A stretch of 64,000 nt of DNA from Desulfobacterales bacterium (lineage in GTDB: Bacteria; Desulfobacterota; Desulfobacteria; Desulfobacterales; UBA5852): contig CAXXVS010000002.1 of NCBI GenBank assembly GCA_963674755.2, forward strand, positions 1,056,001-1,120,000, written 5' to 3'. This document shows, in pieces, positions 18,837 through 27,682 of this stretch. The notes below the pieces were generated by a model. It was not told the origin of the DNA and ran no database searches. It was given only the letters and a program-made list of their open reading frames with translations. The position numbers and the translations under genes were made by a program. Every line of letters begins with the position of its first letter. Position 1 is the stretch's first letter.

Positions 18837-19988
18837 CTAAATAATCTGCAATTCGGCCTGGAGGGCCCCTGCGGCCTTCAACGCCTGAAAGATGGCAATC
18901 AGGTCCCGCGGCGATACGCCCAAGGCATTCAGGGCGCGCACGACCTCGCCAATGCTGACGCCGGATTCCACCAGGAACAACGGGTTGCGGCCCTCCTGTA
19001 CTTGCATGCTCTGATCGGAGGTCACCACCGTCTGACCACCGCGGGAAAACGGCAGCGGCTGGGACACATTGTCTTGTTTATTGACCTCGATGCTCAAATT
19101 GCCGTGGGCGATGGCAATGGTGGCAATACGCACATTCTCCCCCATGATTACCGTCCCGGTGCGTTCATTGATGATGACCTTGGACACCATATCCGGGGTT
19201 ACTCCCAGATTTTCGATCAGGGCGACCAGTTCGACGCTCCGACCGCGGTACAAATCCGGAACCGCCACTTTGATCGTCCCGGCGTCCGGCGCGTGGGCCA
19301 TGGTATCGCCGAAAGCGGTATTGATGGCGTTGGCCACGCGGGTGGCAGTGGTAAAATCCGGTGCATGCAGGGCCAGGGTCAATTCTTCGCGCTGGTTGAA
19401 ATTGCTCGCGATTTCCCTCTCGATCAGAGCGCCGCTGGCAATACGCCCCACAGTGGGAAAATTTTTCTGCACGCCGGTGCCGGTGCCTTTGCCGTATGAA
19501 AATCCGCCGGTGCTGATAGGCCCCTGAGCCACGGCATAGACATTCCCATCGGCGCCCTTCAAAGGGGTTAACAAAAGCGTTCCCCCCTGCAGGTTTTTGG
19601 CATCGCCGATGGAGCTGACCAGGACATCGATCCGGCTGCCCGTCCGTGCGAAAGGCGGCAGGTTGGCCGTAATCATCACGGCGGCCACGTTTTTGACTTT
19701 TATATCATTGGGGTTGATGGTTACCCCCATCTTCTCAAGCATGCTGGAAAGGGATTGCAACGTGAAGAGCGATTTGTTGCCATCGCCGGTTCCATCAAGC
19801 CCCACCACCAGCCCGTATCCAAAAAGCTGATTCTGACGTACGCCGCGAATACTGGCGATGTCCTTGATGCGGGCCGCTTGCGCTACGGCAACAGTGATCA
19901 GCATTAATAGGACTGCGGTCAAAGCTGCAGTTCCAATGCCGGGTTTGATCCCCGCCGTATGAGTTGCTTCCATGATAGAATATCTCAC
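18837..19988 (-). CDS. flgI: Flagellar P-ring protein
   Basis: RIKDIA...NQLFGYGLVVGLDGTGD and AGALQAEL motifs; signal peptide; exact start uncertain. Confidence 0.97.
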   Translation of the reverse strand: MRYSIMEATHTAGIKPGIGTAALTAVLLMLITVAVAQAARIKDIASIRGVRQNQLFGYGLVVGLDGTGDGNKSLFTLQSLSSMLEKMGVTINPNDIKVKNVAAVMITANLPPFARTGSRIDVLVSSIGDAKNLQGGTLLLTPLKGADGNVYAVAQGPISTGGFSYGKGTGTGVQKNFPTVGRIASGALIEREIASNFNQREELTLALHAPDFTTATRVANAINTAFGDTMAHAPDAGTIKVAVPDLYRGRSVELVALIENLGVTPDMVSKVIINERTGTVIMGENVRIATIAIAHGNLSIEVNKQDNVSQPLPFSRGGQTVVTSDQSMQVQEGRNPLFLVESGVSIGEVVRALNALGVSPRDLIAIFQALKAAGALQAELQII

Positions 19989-20010
19989 GTAGTTGAAAGG
20001 TAACGCGGCT

Positions 20011-20724
20011 CTAAAAGGGCCAGACCGAATTCAGGGTATTGGCGATCCATCCGGGTTTTTGTCGGTCGTCAACGATGCCGGCGCCACTGTAGGCAATGCG
20101 GGCATCGGCGACGAAAGTTGATAACACAACATTGTTTTCGGAAATGTCGCGTGGCCGCACAACCCCATAGATGGTCATGATCTGCTTCTCATTGTTCACC
20201 ATGATCTCCCGTGAACCGACAATTTTCAGATTGCGGTTAGGCATGACGTCAACGACCCGCGCCGTTATGAACGCATCCAGAGACCCGCTGCGCGATGTGC
20301 TTCCCGACCCTTTGAAACCACTCTTGAGGTCCCCGCTGACCGAAAAATCCTGCAGGGTCGTCGCCTTCATACCGAAAAACTCGCTGATGCCGGCGCTGAG
20401 GGAAGAATCGCGGTCCGTGGAAGTATCGGCGGTGTTGGAAGCGCTTGATGATTCAGCGATTTTTATGGTGATGACATCACCCGCGCGCCGGGCCTTGGGG
20501 TCGCTGAACAGGTCGCCGAAAGCCACATCGTCGGACCAGATGGACATATTGTTGTCCTCATCGGCGGTCTTGGTGGCGGGCGAAACGACGGGGGCAGGCG
20601 ACGGCCCCACCGGATCCGTGCTGACCGACATGCCGCCATAAGGCGTGGCACACCCCACAACCATCAGAAGGGCCAGCCCAATCGTTACGCTCCAGACAGA
20701 CCGATAGCGAAGTACAGCTTTCAT
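20011..20724 (-). CDS. flgH: Flagellar L-ring lipoprotein
   Basis: Lipobox VVGC; DPKARRAGDVITI, GVVRPRDI and C-terminal WPF; AAGGA RBS. Confidence 0.95.
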   Translation of the reverse strand: MKAVLRYRSVWSVTIGLALLMVVGCATPYGGMSVSTDPVGPSPAPVVSPATKTADEDNNMSIWSDDVAFGDLFSDPKARRAGDVITIKIAESSSASNTADTSTDRDSSLSAGISEFFGMKATTLQDFSVSGDLKSGFKGSGSTSRSGSLDAFITARVVDVMPNRNLKIVGSREIMVNNEKQIMTIYGVVRPRDISENNVVLSTFVADARIAYSGAGIVDDRQKPGWIANTLNSVWPF

Positions 20725-20737
20725 TGCGGCATCCTTT

Positions 20738-21742
20738 CTAAAATTCAACCTGGACGGTTCGGGCGTCGATCACACGGGCCAGCAGCGTTTTATTGGAATC
20801 CAGATTCACCACCCGAACCCGTTCCCCGACCTTGGCAGAATTTTGAATCTCACCAATGGTGGTAATGCGCAGACCGGAAGATTCGGCCAGGATGATCACC
20901 CGGTCCCCTCTTCTTACAACCGGTGGGAATTCAAATTGGTCAGTCCGTAAAACAGTTTGGGGACCGATAGTGCGTCGCGCGCGTTGTCCCGCTATATCTT
21001 CAAAAGAAAGCACTGCATTGGCCGGCAAACCGGTCATATCCATGGTCTGCATCATCACATCATCTCTTTGGATAAGCTGGTAGCGGGCGATGGGATGTTT
21101 GGTCACCGGGACCTCTTTCATCAGAACCACATTCACGGTCGCCATGACGCGCTTGACCAGGACCCCATCGATACTGAAGAAAATATTGACCGGCAGCGTT
21201 CCCGAAGGCCTGCTTTGGGGTAAGTATTGCATCTCATGCTGAACATCGCCGGTGGGCAGCATGATGTCGCCCGGCAGGCGTACGCGGGTGATGGCCATAT
21301 CGGCATCGTTGAAAGGGGGATGGGCGGCAACGTATTCGCGGACCAGCATTTCAAGGTCGCTCGTCGAGATGGTCACCGCACGCCGTACGAGGGTCACTTT
21401 ATCCGGCACATTCATGCGGATGGCGCCCGGATCGATACCGGACTGACGTATTCGCAGGGCGATATAGTCGCGGCTGATCGTGCGGGAATTGCCGGGCAAC
21501 GGGGCTCGGCCGACAACAATGCCTTGCAGTTGCCGGGTGAGGGCTGGATCACCCCCTACAATATCCGCCAGGTGACCCAAGGCCACTTCAGCGCCATCGA
21601 CTTCCACCCTTTCCGGCATGGTCAAGCCAAGTTGACCCCGGGTGGTGTCGGCTTGCAGCGGGCTGAATGCCAGGCCCAGCATCAGGAGCATCGTCATGGA
21701 TACCCAACCGATGCGTCCTCTGTGCCGCTTTGCAACGTCCAT
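20738..21742 (-). CDS. flgA: P-ring assembly chaperone FlgA
   Basis: Signal peptide; C-terminal VVRRGDRV...GERVRVVNLDSNK SAF/ChapFlgA motif; lies between flgG and flgH. Confidence 0.9.
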   Translation of the reverse strand: MDVAKRHRGRIGWVSMTMLLMLGLAFSPLQADTTRGQLGLTMPERVEVDGAEVALGHLADIVGGDPALTRQLQGIVVGRAPLPGNSRTISRDYIALRIRQSGIDPGAIRMNVPDKVTLVRRAVTISTSDLEMLVREYVAAHPPFNDADMAITRVRLPGDIMLPTGDVQHEMQYLPQSRPSGTLPVNIFFSIDGVLVKRVMATVNVVLMKEVPVTKHPIARYQLIQRDDVMMQTMDMTGLPANAVLSFEDIAGQRARRTIGPQTVLRTDQFEFPPVVRRGDRVIILAESSGLRITTIGEIQNSAKVGERVRVVNLDSNKTLLARVIDARTVQVEF

Positions 21743-21761
21743 AACGCCCCTTCCGCGATGC

Positions 21762-22550
21762 TTATCGCTTGACATTGTTGGCCTGCTGCAGCATGTCGTC
21801 GGCGGCCTGAATCGTCTTGCTGTTGATTTCGTATGCCCGCTGGGCCGTGATCATTTTAACCATTTCGTCCACGACGCTTACATTGGACATCTCCAAAAAC
21901 CCCTGGGCCAAACTCCCGATGCCGTCTTCTCCGGCGGTACCGACGATGGCATCGCCGGAGGCATTGGTCGGCAGATAGAGGTTGCGACCAATGCTGTGCA
22001 ATCCGGCGGGATTGACAAACCGTGCCAACGTAATCGTGCCGATTTCAGTCGGAGTGCTGGAACCGGCCTGCATTACCGAGACGGTTCCATCGATTCCGAT
22101 GGTCAGGGATATGCTGTCGCTGGGGATCGTAATTTCAGGCTCCAGCAGAAATCCGTCGGAGGTCACGATGCGCCCCTCGCGATCCATTTTAAAAGCGCCA
22201 TCCCGTGAATAGGCAATTTCGCCGGTGGGTTGGGTTATCTGGAAAAAGCCATTCCCTTCAATGGCTATGTCCAAGTCGTTTTTCGTTTGCTGGAAATCCC
22301 CCTCGGTGAAGATCTTGTGACTGGCCACGGGGCGGCTGCCGTGTCCCACCTGAATACCGGTCGGGACATCGGTGGTTTCGGAGGAGGATGCACCCGCCTG
22401 CCGGAGGGTTTCGTAGAGAAGATCCTGGAAATCCGCCCGGCTGGTCTTAAATCCCGTGGTATTGACGTTGGCCAGATTGTTGGAAATGACATCGATGTTG
22501 AGCGATTGCGATTTCATTCCGGACGCTGCCGTCCATAAACTGCGTATCAT
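21762..22550 (-). CDS. flgG: Distal rod protein
   Basis: [28 protein letters not shown] and RAYEINSK motifs. Confidence 0.97.
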   Translation of the reverse strand: MIRSLWTAASGMKSQSLNIDVISNNLANVNTTGFKTSRADFQDLLYETLRQAGASSSETTDVPTGIQVGHGSRPVASHKIFTEGDFQQTKNDLDIAIEGNGFFQITQPTGEIAYSRDGAFKMDREGRIVTSDGFLLEPEITIPSDSISLTIGIDGTVSVMQAGSSTPTEIGTITLARFVNPAGLHSIGRNLYLPTNASGDAIVGTAGEDGIGSLAQGFLEMSNVSVVDEMVKMITAQRAYEINSKTIQAADDMLQQANNVKR

Positions 22551-22573
22551 ATGATCCTCCCTGCAGGATTTTG

Positions 22574-23326
22574 CTATTCGATGGTACCGACACCGCTGAT
22601 AACGCGCGCGTCGATTTCTCCCATGGTTTGAATCATCTTCTGATAGGATTCGTATCCGCGTTGGACTTCGATTAGCTCTGTCATGGCCTGGACAGGATTG
22701 ACGTTGGATCCCTCCAGAAAGCCTTGTTGGATACCGCCATAAGCCAGCTGTTCTTCAGAGCCCTGGGTTTCATCCAGTTGAAACAGGGTTTTCCCGACTT
22801 TGTGCAAAGCGGTCCGATCGGAAACCGAAACAATGCGAAGCTTGTCAACTTCCGCCCCATCGACAAGCACCGCACCCGATCCGTCGAATCGCACGTCGCT
22901 GCCGTCGATCGTGATTTCACCTCCGTCTCCCATCACCGGATCCCCATCTGCGGTTGCCAGAACCCCGTCCGGGTTGATCGAAAAGGCGCCGTTGCGCGTG
23001 TAGCGAACCCCTTGTTCGGTTTGAATGCTGAAAAATCCGTCGCCATCGATGGCCAGATCAAGCGGCCCGCCCGTTTGTTCAAGCGGACCCTTGGTGAAAT
23101 CGGTATGCGTTGTCATCGGAATGACGGCGCTCATCAAAGTATTGACGCCGCCTGAAGCAGCATCGGAAGACGTGCTATTTGGCATATTTTGATCCGATAT
23201 GCGAAACATGGTCTGATCTTCCTTGAAGCCGGTCGTATTGAGATTGGCGAGATTATTGGACAATATCTGCAGGCGGAGACGTTGCACCTCGGCCCCAGAT
23301 GTCGCCATATAGATGGATCCACTCAT
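22574..23326 (-). CDS. flgF: Proximal rod protein
   Basis: [20 protein letters not shown] and LEGSNVNPV motifs; precedes flgG. Confidence 0.92.
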   Translation of the reverse strand: MSGSIYMATSGAEVQRLRLQILSNNLANLNTTGFKEDQTMFRISDQNMPNSTSSDAASGGVNTLMSAVIPMTTHTDFTKGPLEQTGGPLDLAIDGDGFFSIQTEQGVRYTRNGAFSINPDGVLATADGDPVMGDGGEITIDGSDVRFDGSGAVLVDGAEVDKLRIVSVSDRTALHKVGKTLFQLDETQGSEEQLAYGGIQQGFLEGSNVNPVQAMTELIEVQRGYESYQKMIQTMGEIDARVISGVGTIE

Positions 23327-23408
23327 TTGGAATCTCCCGCAAGTTGCATTTGAGAAGATAAAAAGACTTCACAAAAACCTTGTCAGCGCTATCTCTTCAG
23401 ATCCATTT

Positions 23409-23424
23409 TGCAAGAAGTAGACCA
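23409..23424 (-). promoter_or_regulatory. Sigma54 promoter upstream of flgF
   Basis: Minus strand TGGTCTACTTCTTGCA (GG-N10-GC). Confidence 0.7.
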
Positions 23425-23670
23425 TGTTGTTCCTAACCAAGCCAAAGCAACTGACTGTCGTCTATCGGGGTAACGCTGACGTTTCGGACGGGAAAGAAGG
23501 ATAAAGCGGTATATTTTGCCGGTCAGCAGGAATGATTTGCCGACGTGCCCCGCTGGACGTGCGGGGGCAATGGTCGAACGGCAAAGAAGTCGGTTAAAAA
23601 AGGAAGTCGTCTGCGCTAAGACCATCAGCTTCTATGCAAAAAAGCAAGCATGGCATTTTTGTGCCGCCGC

Positions 23671-24180
23671 CTACATGCCGGCCTTGGTCTGGGGTTCGGC
23701 CGTAGACGCATGGCGTCTTTCTTTCGCAAACGCCTGAAGACCGCGCAGAAGTTCCACTTCACCTTCCATTAAACCGCAGTGCTGTGAAATTCGGTTGGCG
23801 CTCGCCCCCCGATTCATCATTTCTTCCGCCAGGCGATAGCGCCGCTGGCGTTCCCAGCCGCCGTTGCCAATCGACTGCGGTAAACGATCATGGTCAGACG
23901 CTTTTGAATCCACGCCGGTTCCCATCAGGCGCAGCGACGCAAACTCCCTTGCCAAGGACTGCTGCAGATTGTCATAGGCCTTTTGGGACTGTTGCGTCAT
24001 CATATGCAAGGATACTTGATCCGCAAACCCGGCGGAGGAGTTGCCCTCGCGTGCCTTGAGCACCAGGCGTCCATATTTGCGCCGGTTAACCAGTAGAAAT
24101 AGAATCAGCGCCAAACTGCAGGCTATCGCTAACCCATTCAAGATAGCGGCCAAATCGATGTGATGGGAGATCGTTTCCAT
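23671..24180 (-). CDS. Membrane-anchored protein with DUF2802-like C-terminal HTH
   Basis: N-terminal TM helix; C-terminal AEEMMNRGASANRISQHCGLMEGEVELL resembles the flagella-associated DUF2802 pattern; AAGGA RBS. Confidence 0.65.
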   Translation of the reverse strand: METISHHIDLAAILNGLAIACSLALILFLLVNRRKYGRLVLKAREGNSSAGFADQVSLHMMTQQSQKAYDNLQQSLAREFASLRLMGTGVDSKASDHDRLPQSIGNGGWERQRRYRLAEEMMNRGASANRISQHCGLMEGEVELLRGLQAFAKERRHASTAEPQTKAGM

Positions 24181-24224
24181 AAGGCATTCCTTTGATAAGC
24201 AAGACCGCTTCCGTAGCCGCGGTT

Positions 24225-24482
24225 TCAGATCCGCACGTCAATGCGCCGTCCGGTTGACGATTGCCCCTCATTACCCGCGGAAGTTTGAGAATTCTCATTC
24301 AGTTCAGCGCCTGTTTGTTGATCTGTTGGGGCGTGTGTCGATTCTTCCGGGTTGGTCTGTGATTCGTTCCCACCTTGCTGTTGACGTTCTTTGTGAGAAT
24401 CCGGGCGGCGTTCCACTGCGCGCAATGGTCCAGACGGTGTGATGACTCCGATAGAACCTGTCCGGCGAATGCTGTCGACCAT
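24225..24482 (-). CDS. Small hypothetical protein downstream of fliA
   Basis: Strong GGGAGG RBS; low-complexity middle; C-terminal GRRIDVRI resembles the G..ID... tails of small flagella-linked proteins. Confidence 0.6.
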   Translation of the reverse strand: MVDSIRRTGSIGVITPSGPLRAVERRPDSHKERQQQGGNESQTNPEESTHAPTDQQTGAELNENSQTSAGNEGQSSTGRRIDVRI

Positions 24483-24548
24483 GGGGGACCTCCCTTCCGC
24501 CCCAAGTCTCCCGGCGGGCGCAATACCCTATGATCGTGGAGCGCCCTT

Positions 24549-25337
24549 CTAATGTTCGATAACGTTGGCGCGCCGCAGTTTATTGCGCAGTCGGATAATG
24601 GCCTGGGAATGAATCTGGGAGACTCTGGATTCCGTAATATTCAAAACTTTCCCGGTTTCCTTCATGTTGAGCTCGTCAAAATAATACAAAGACAACACCA
24701 ATTTCTCTTTGTCCGGCAATTGTTCGATCGCTTGCGCCATCACAACCTTGAGCTCGTTCAGGTTGGCCATGGAAAAGGCATCCGGGGCGTCGTCGGTGAC
24801 ATATTTCAAAAGACGCCCCTTGTCATTGGAGTCGGAATAGCCCATCTCTTCGAAGCTGATAAAAGAAATGGTGGAGAGCTTCTTGATGGCATCGAGCTGT
24901 CCAAGATCAATTTGCAGCATCTCGGCAACTTCATGGTCATCGGCATCACGTCCCAATTGCTGTTCGAGCAGTGCATAGGCGTGATCCATCTCCCGGATCT
25001 TGCGACGGTTGGACCGTGAGAGAAAGTCGCGCGACCGCAATTCGCTTAACACCGCCCCGCGAATGCGGTGGGTGGCATAAGTGATAAATTTGTTGTCGCG
25101 GCTGGCGTCATAGCGATCGATGGCCTGAATCAATCCGATCACGCCGACGTTGTAAAGATCATCGATGTCAACCGAGGAAGGCAGGTGGATCGCCATCCGA
25201 TTGACAATCCGTTTGACGTGCGGCAGGTACTCCATCATCAACTGCTCCCGGCTTTGCGGCAAGTTCTGCTCCATCTGATGGGTATCGCTTTTCAATGCTT
25301 TCATAAGGGCACCTTTGGAACGTTTTAACGGTTCCAT
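24549..25337 (-). CDS. fliA: RNA polymerase sigma-28 factor
   Basis: DDLYNVGVIGLIQAIDRYD, RIRGAVL.ELR..D and ITESRVSQIHSQA motifs; start may be 25304. Confidence 0.95.
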   Translation of the reverse strand: MEPLKRSKGALMKALKSDTHQMEQNLPQSREQLMMEYLPHVKRIVNRMAIHLPSSVDIDDLYNVGVIGLIQAIDRYDASRDNKFITYATHRIRGAVLSELRSRDFLSRSNRRKIREMDHAYALLEQQLGRDADDHEVAEMLQIDLGQLDAIKKLSTISFISFEEMGYSDSNDKGRLLKYVTDDAPDAFSMANLNELKVVMAQAIEQLPDKEKLVLSLYYFDELNMKETGKVLNITESRVSQIHSQAIIRLRNKLRRANVIEH

Positions 25338-25352
25338 CGAAATTGCATGAGG

Positions 25353-26270
25353 TTAATATTTTCGTGAAATGACACCATCCTGGAAGATATGGCCCCAGAA
25401 AAGATGGGGCACGCCCTGGTCGACTTTGACTTCCGGCAGCGCCTTGGTTCTGCGGGCCAGGTTCCGAAAGCCATACGTCGCCGCCGATTCCGGATAGGCC
25501 TGGCTGATGATCCGCTGCTTTTTCACACAGCGCACGAGATTCTCATCCTGCTGAATACAGCCGAAATAATCCATATTGATGGCCAGGAACTTCTGGGTGA
25601 CCAGGTTTAGTTGGCGGAAAATCTCGCGGCCTTCCTGTTCGCTGGACACCTGGTTGACAATCAAATGGCAGGTTTTCTCGGCATAGCGGGTGGAAAGAAC
25701 TTTCATCAGGGCGTAGGCGTCTGTAATCGAGGTCGGCTCGGGTGTTACCACCACCATAATTTCCTGGGCCGAAACACTGAAATCCATCACATTCGGAGAG
25801 ATACCGGCGGCTGAATCGATCAGAAGGATGTCGATTGAATCCAGAAGTTGATCCAGCGCACTGAGCAAACGCATTTTCTGTTCGCGTGAAAGCTGGGTGA
25901 GCTCCTGAATTCCGGAGGCGGCCGGTAAAATGGATACGTCACCCGGCCCTTCGATAACGATATCCCGGATCGATTTTTCGCCCGATAAAACATGGGATAG
26001 ATTGAACCGGGGGGCCAGCCCGAGCAGAATATCAAGATTGCCCAGGCCGAGATCGGCATCGAGGATCAGCACCCGCTGGCCCGCACGGCTCAGCTGATAC
26101 CCTAAGTTGGCGACAATATTGGTTTTCCCAACACCGCCCTTGCCACTGGTAACCGATATTATCCGTGCGGCTGAGCGTCTGGCGGCCGTGAGGCCGGCCA
26201 TGGAAACCGCCGGCCGGGGTTTGCGGGAATGCAGCGAAATGATTTTCTCGTTGAACTGCTGTGTTGTCAT
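25353..26270 (-). CDS. flhG: MinD/ParA-family flagellar number regulator FlhG/FleN
   Basis: SGKGGVGKT, DADLGLGN and PEPTSITDAYALMK motifs; lies between flhF and fliA. Confidence 0.93.
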   Translation of the reverse strand: MTTQQFNEKIISLHSRKPRPAVSMAGLTAARRSAARIISVTSGKGGVGKTNIVANLGYQLSRAGQRVLILDADLGLGNLDILLGLAPRFNLSHVLSGEKSIRDIVIEGPGDVSILPAASGIQELTQLSREQKMRLLSALDQLLDSIDILLIDSAAGISPNVMDFSVSAQEIMVVVTPEPTSITDAYALMKVLSTRYAEKTCHLIVNQVSSEQEGREIFRQLNLVTQKFLAINMDYFGCIQQDENLVRCVKKQRIISQAYPESAATYGFRNLARRTKALPEVKVDQGVPHLFWGHIFQDGVISRKY

Positions 26271-26308
26271 CGAGGTACGGCTCCTGGCTTTTAATCGAGA
26301 CCTTGGGG

Positions 26309-27682
26309 CTATAGGGCAGCGCGCTCCCTGGACAAAATACCGGTGATAGACAAGTGTTGCGGATTACAATAACGGCACGGTTTGAAACGGTGGTTCAGGG
26401 CTTCGGCAAACGAACCGAACTCGACAATGTTGGCCCGGTTGATCAGCCGGATCCATTTGCATTCGGGGCGATGGAAGATGTCGGAATTCTTGTTGGCGAG
26501 ATAAATTCCGCTGAGCTGTTCGTCCGGCCCAAGGCCGGTCTTCGGTGGATGCCCGTCTTCTAACCCTTCGGGGGCATTCCCTGCTTCCTGCGGCAGGAAA
26601 CGGGCCGTCAGGTTTTCAATCGTCGCTTGCGTCAAGTCAAGCGGAACCCGGGGGCCGGCACTATAGTAATAGACAGCCAAGCCGTGCCGGCAAAGGAAAT
26701 TGACCAGGTCCGTGTAAGCTCGTGTCAGGTCGGTTTTGGTGATGACGGTTCCCACAGGGTTTAAAACGGCATAGCGCTGGAGGGTGGCGTTTAAATCGTC
26801 TTCACGATTTTCAGCGCTCACGACCAGAAGTGGTCGTACGCCTCCCAAGCGCTGGAATTGGGCTTGAATGCACGTCATCTGCTGGTTGGTATGGGGATGG
26901 ACCGCCGGGGTGTCGATTAGAATGATGCGGCAGTGTTGCAATCGTTCCAAGGCCTGCGGCATATCGTTTTCCGTTTGCGGCAATGCCAGGGGAAGCTTCA
27001 TGCTGTCGGCATAGCACTGGAGCTGTTCATGGCCGCCAATGCGATGACGATCCAGAGAAATCAGGCCGACCGATTTTTTTTGGGTGTACGTGAAAGCGGC
27101 CGCCAGTTTGGCCAGGGTTACGGTTTTCCCCACGCCGGCGTTTCCCACCAGGCCAATGAGGGTCGGACCGTCCTGGTTCAGCTGCACGGCCCCCACGGTC
27201 AATCCGTTTTTCGCCAGGTAGCGTCCCATCGAGAGATCGTTGGCCTGATGCGAAGGGCGCTGCGCTTTGTCAACGCCTTCTTGACCGAGGGCATCGGTCT
27301 GCGCGGATGACCGGCGCGCTGCATCATGGGTTTGGTAATGTCTGACCGCGCGCGCCGCCAGGGCTTTAAATCTTGTGATATCATTGCGCTGGTGGACTGT
27401 TTCCCGACGGGCGTGATTGGCGGCCGCCCCGTCGACGGCAACCGGCTGCCCTTTTCCGTCGGGGAGTTTTTTCGCTGCAAGGTTACGATCGGGCAGCGTA
27501 CCCGGGTAGTCTTCATCCACGGCCGCCGTCACTTCCACCCCGATCTTGCGCGAAATGCCGAGCAGACGATTTTCCCGCCGCAAGTCCTTGGCCGACAGGA
27601 TAACGGCTTCCGGCCCGAGAGCCCGTTTGATCTGGCGCAAGGCATCCGTCATGTTTTTGGCCTCAAAGCGCTTAATCTGCAT
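26309..27682 (-). CDS. flhF: FlhF SRP-type GTPase with C-terminal Ada-like zinc-binding domain
   Basis: N-terminal MQIKRFEAKNMTDALRQIKRALGPEAVIL; G motifs GNAGVGKT, DRHRIGG, DTPA and TKTD; extra C-terminal H-x3-C-x27-C-x2-C domain. Confidence 0.9.
   Translation of the reverse strand: MQIKRFEAKNMTDALRQIKRALGPEAVILSAKDLRRENRLLGISRKIGVEVTAAVDEDYPGTLPDRNLAAKKLPDGKGQPVAVDGAAANHARRETVHQRNDITRFKALAARAVRHYQTHDAARRSSAQTDALGQEGVDKAQRPSHQANDLSMGRYLAKNGLTVGAVQLNQDGPTLIGLVGNAGVGKTVTLAKLAAAFTYTQKKSVGLISLDRHRIGGHEQLQCYADSMKLPLALPQTENDMPQALERLQHCRIILIDTPAVHPHTNQQMTCIQAQFQRLGGVRPLLVVSAENREDDLNATLQRYAVLNPVGTVITKTDLTRAYTDLVNFLCRHGLAVYYYSAGPRVPLDLTQATIENLTARFLPQEAGNAPEGLEDGHPPKTGLGPDEQLSGIYLANKNSDIFHRPECKWIRLINRANIVEFGSFAEALNHRFKPCRYCNPQHLSITGILSRERAAL

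Noticed and set aside
23651..23666. TGGCATTTTTGTGCCG as a sigma54 promoter
   Set aside because: GG-GC spacing is 9 rather than the obligatory 10 on both strands.
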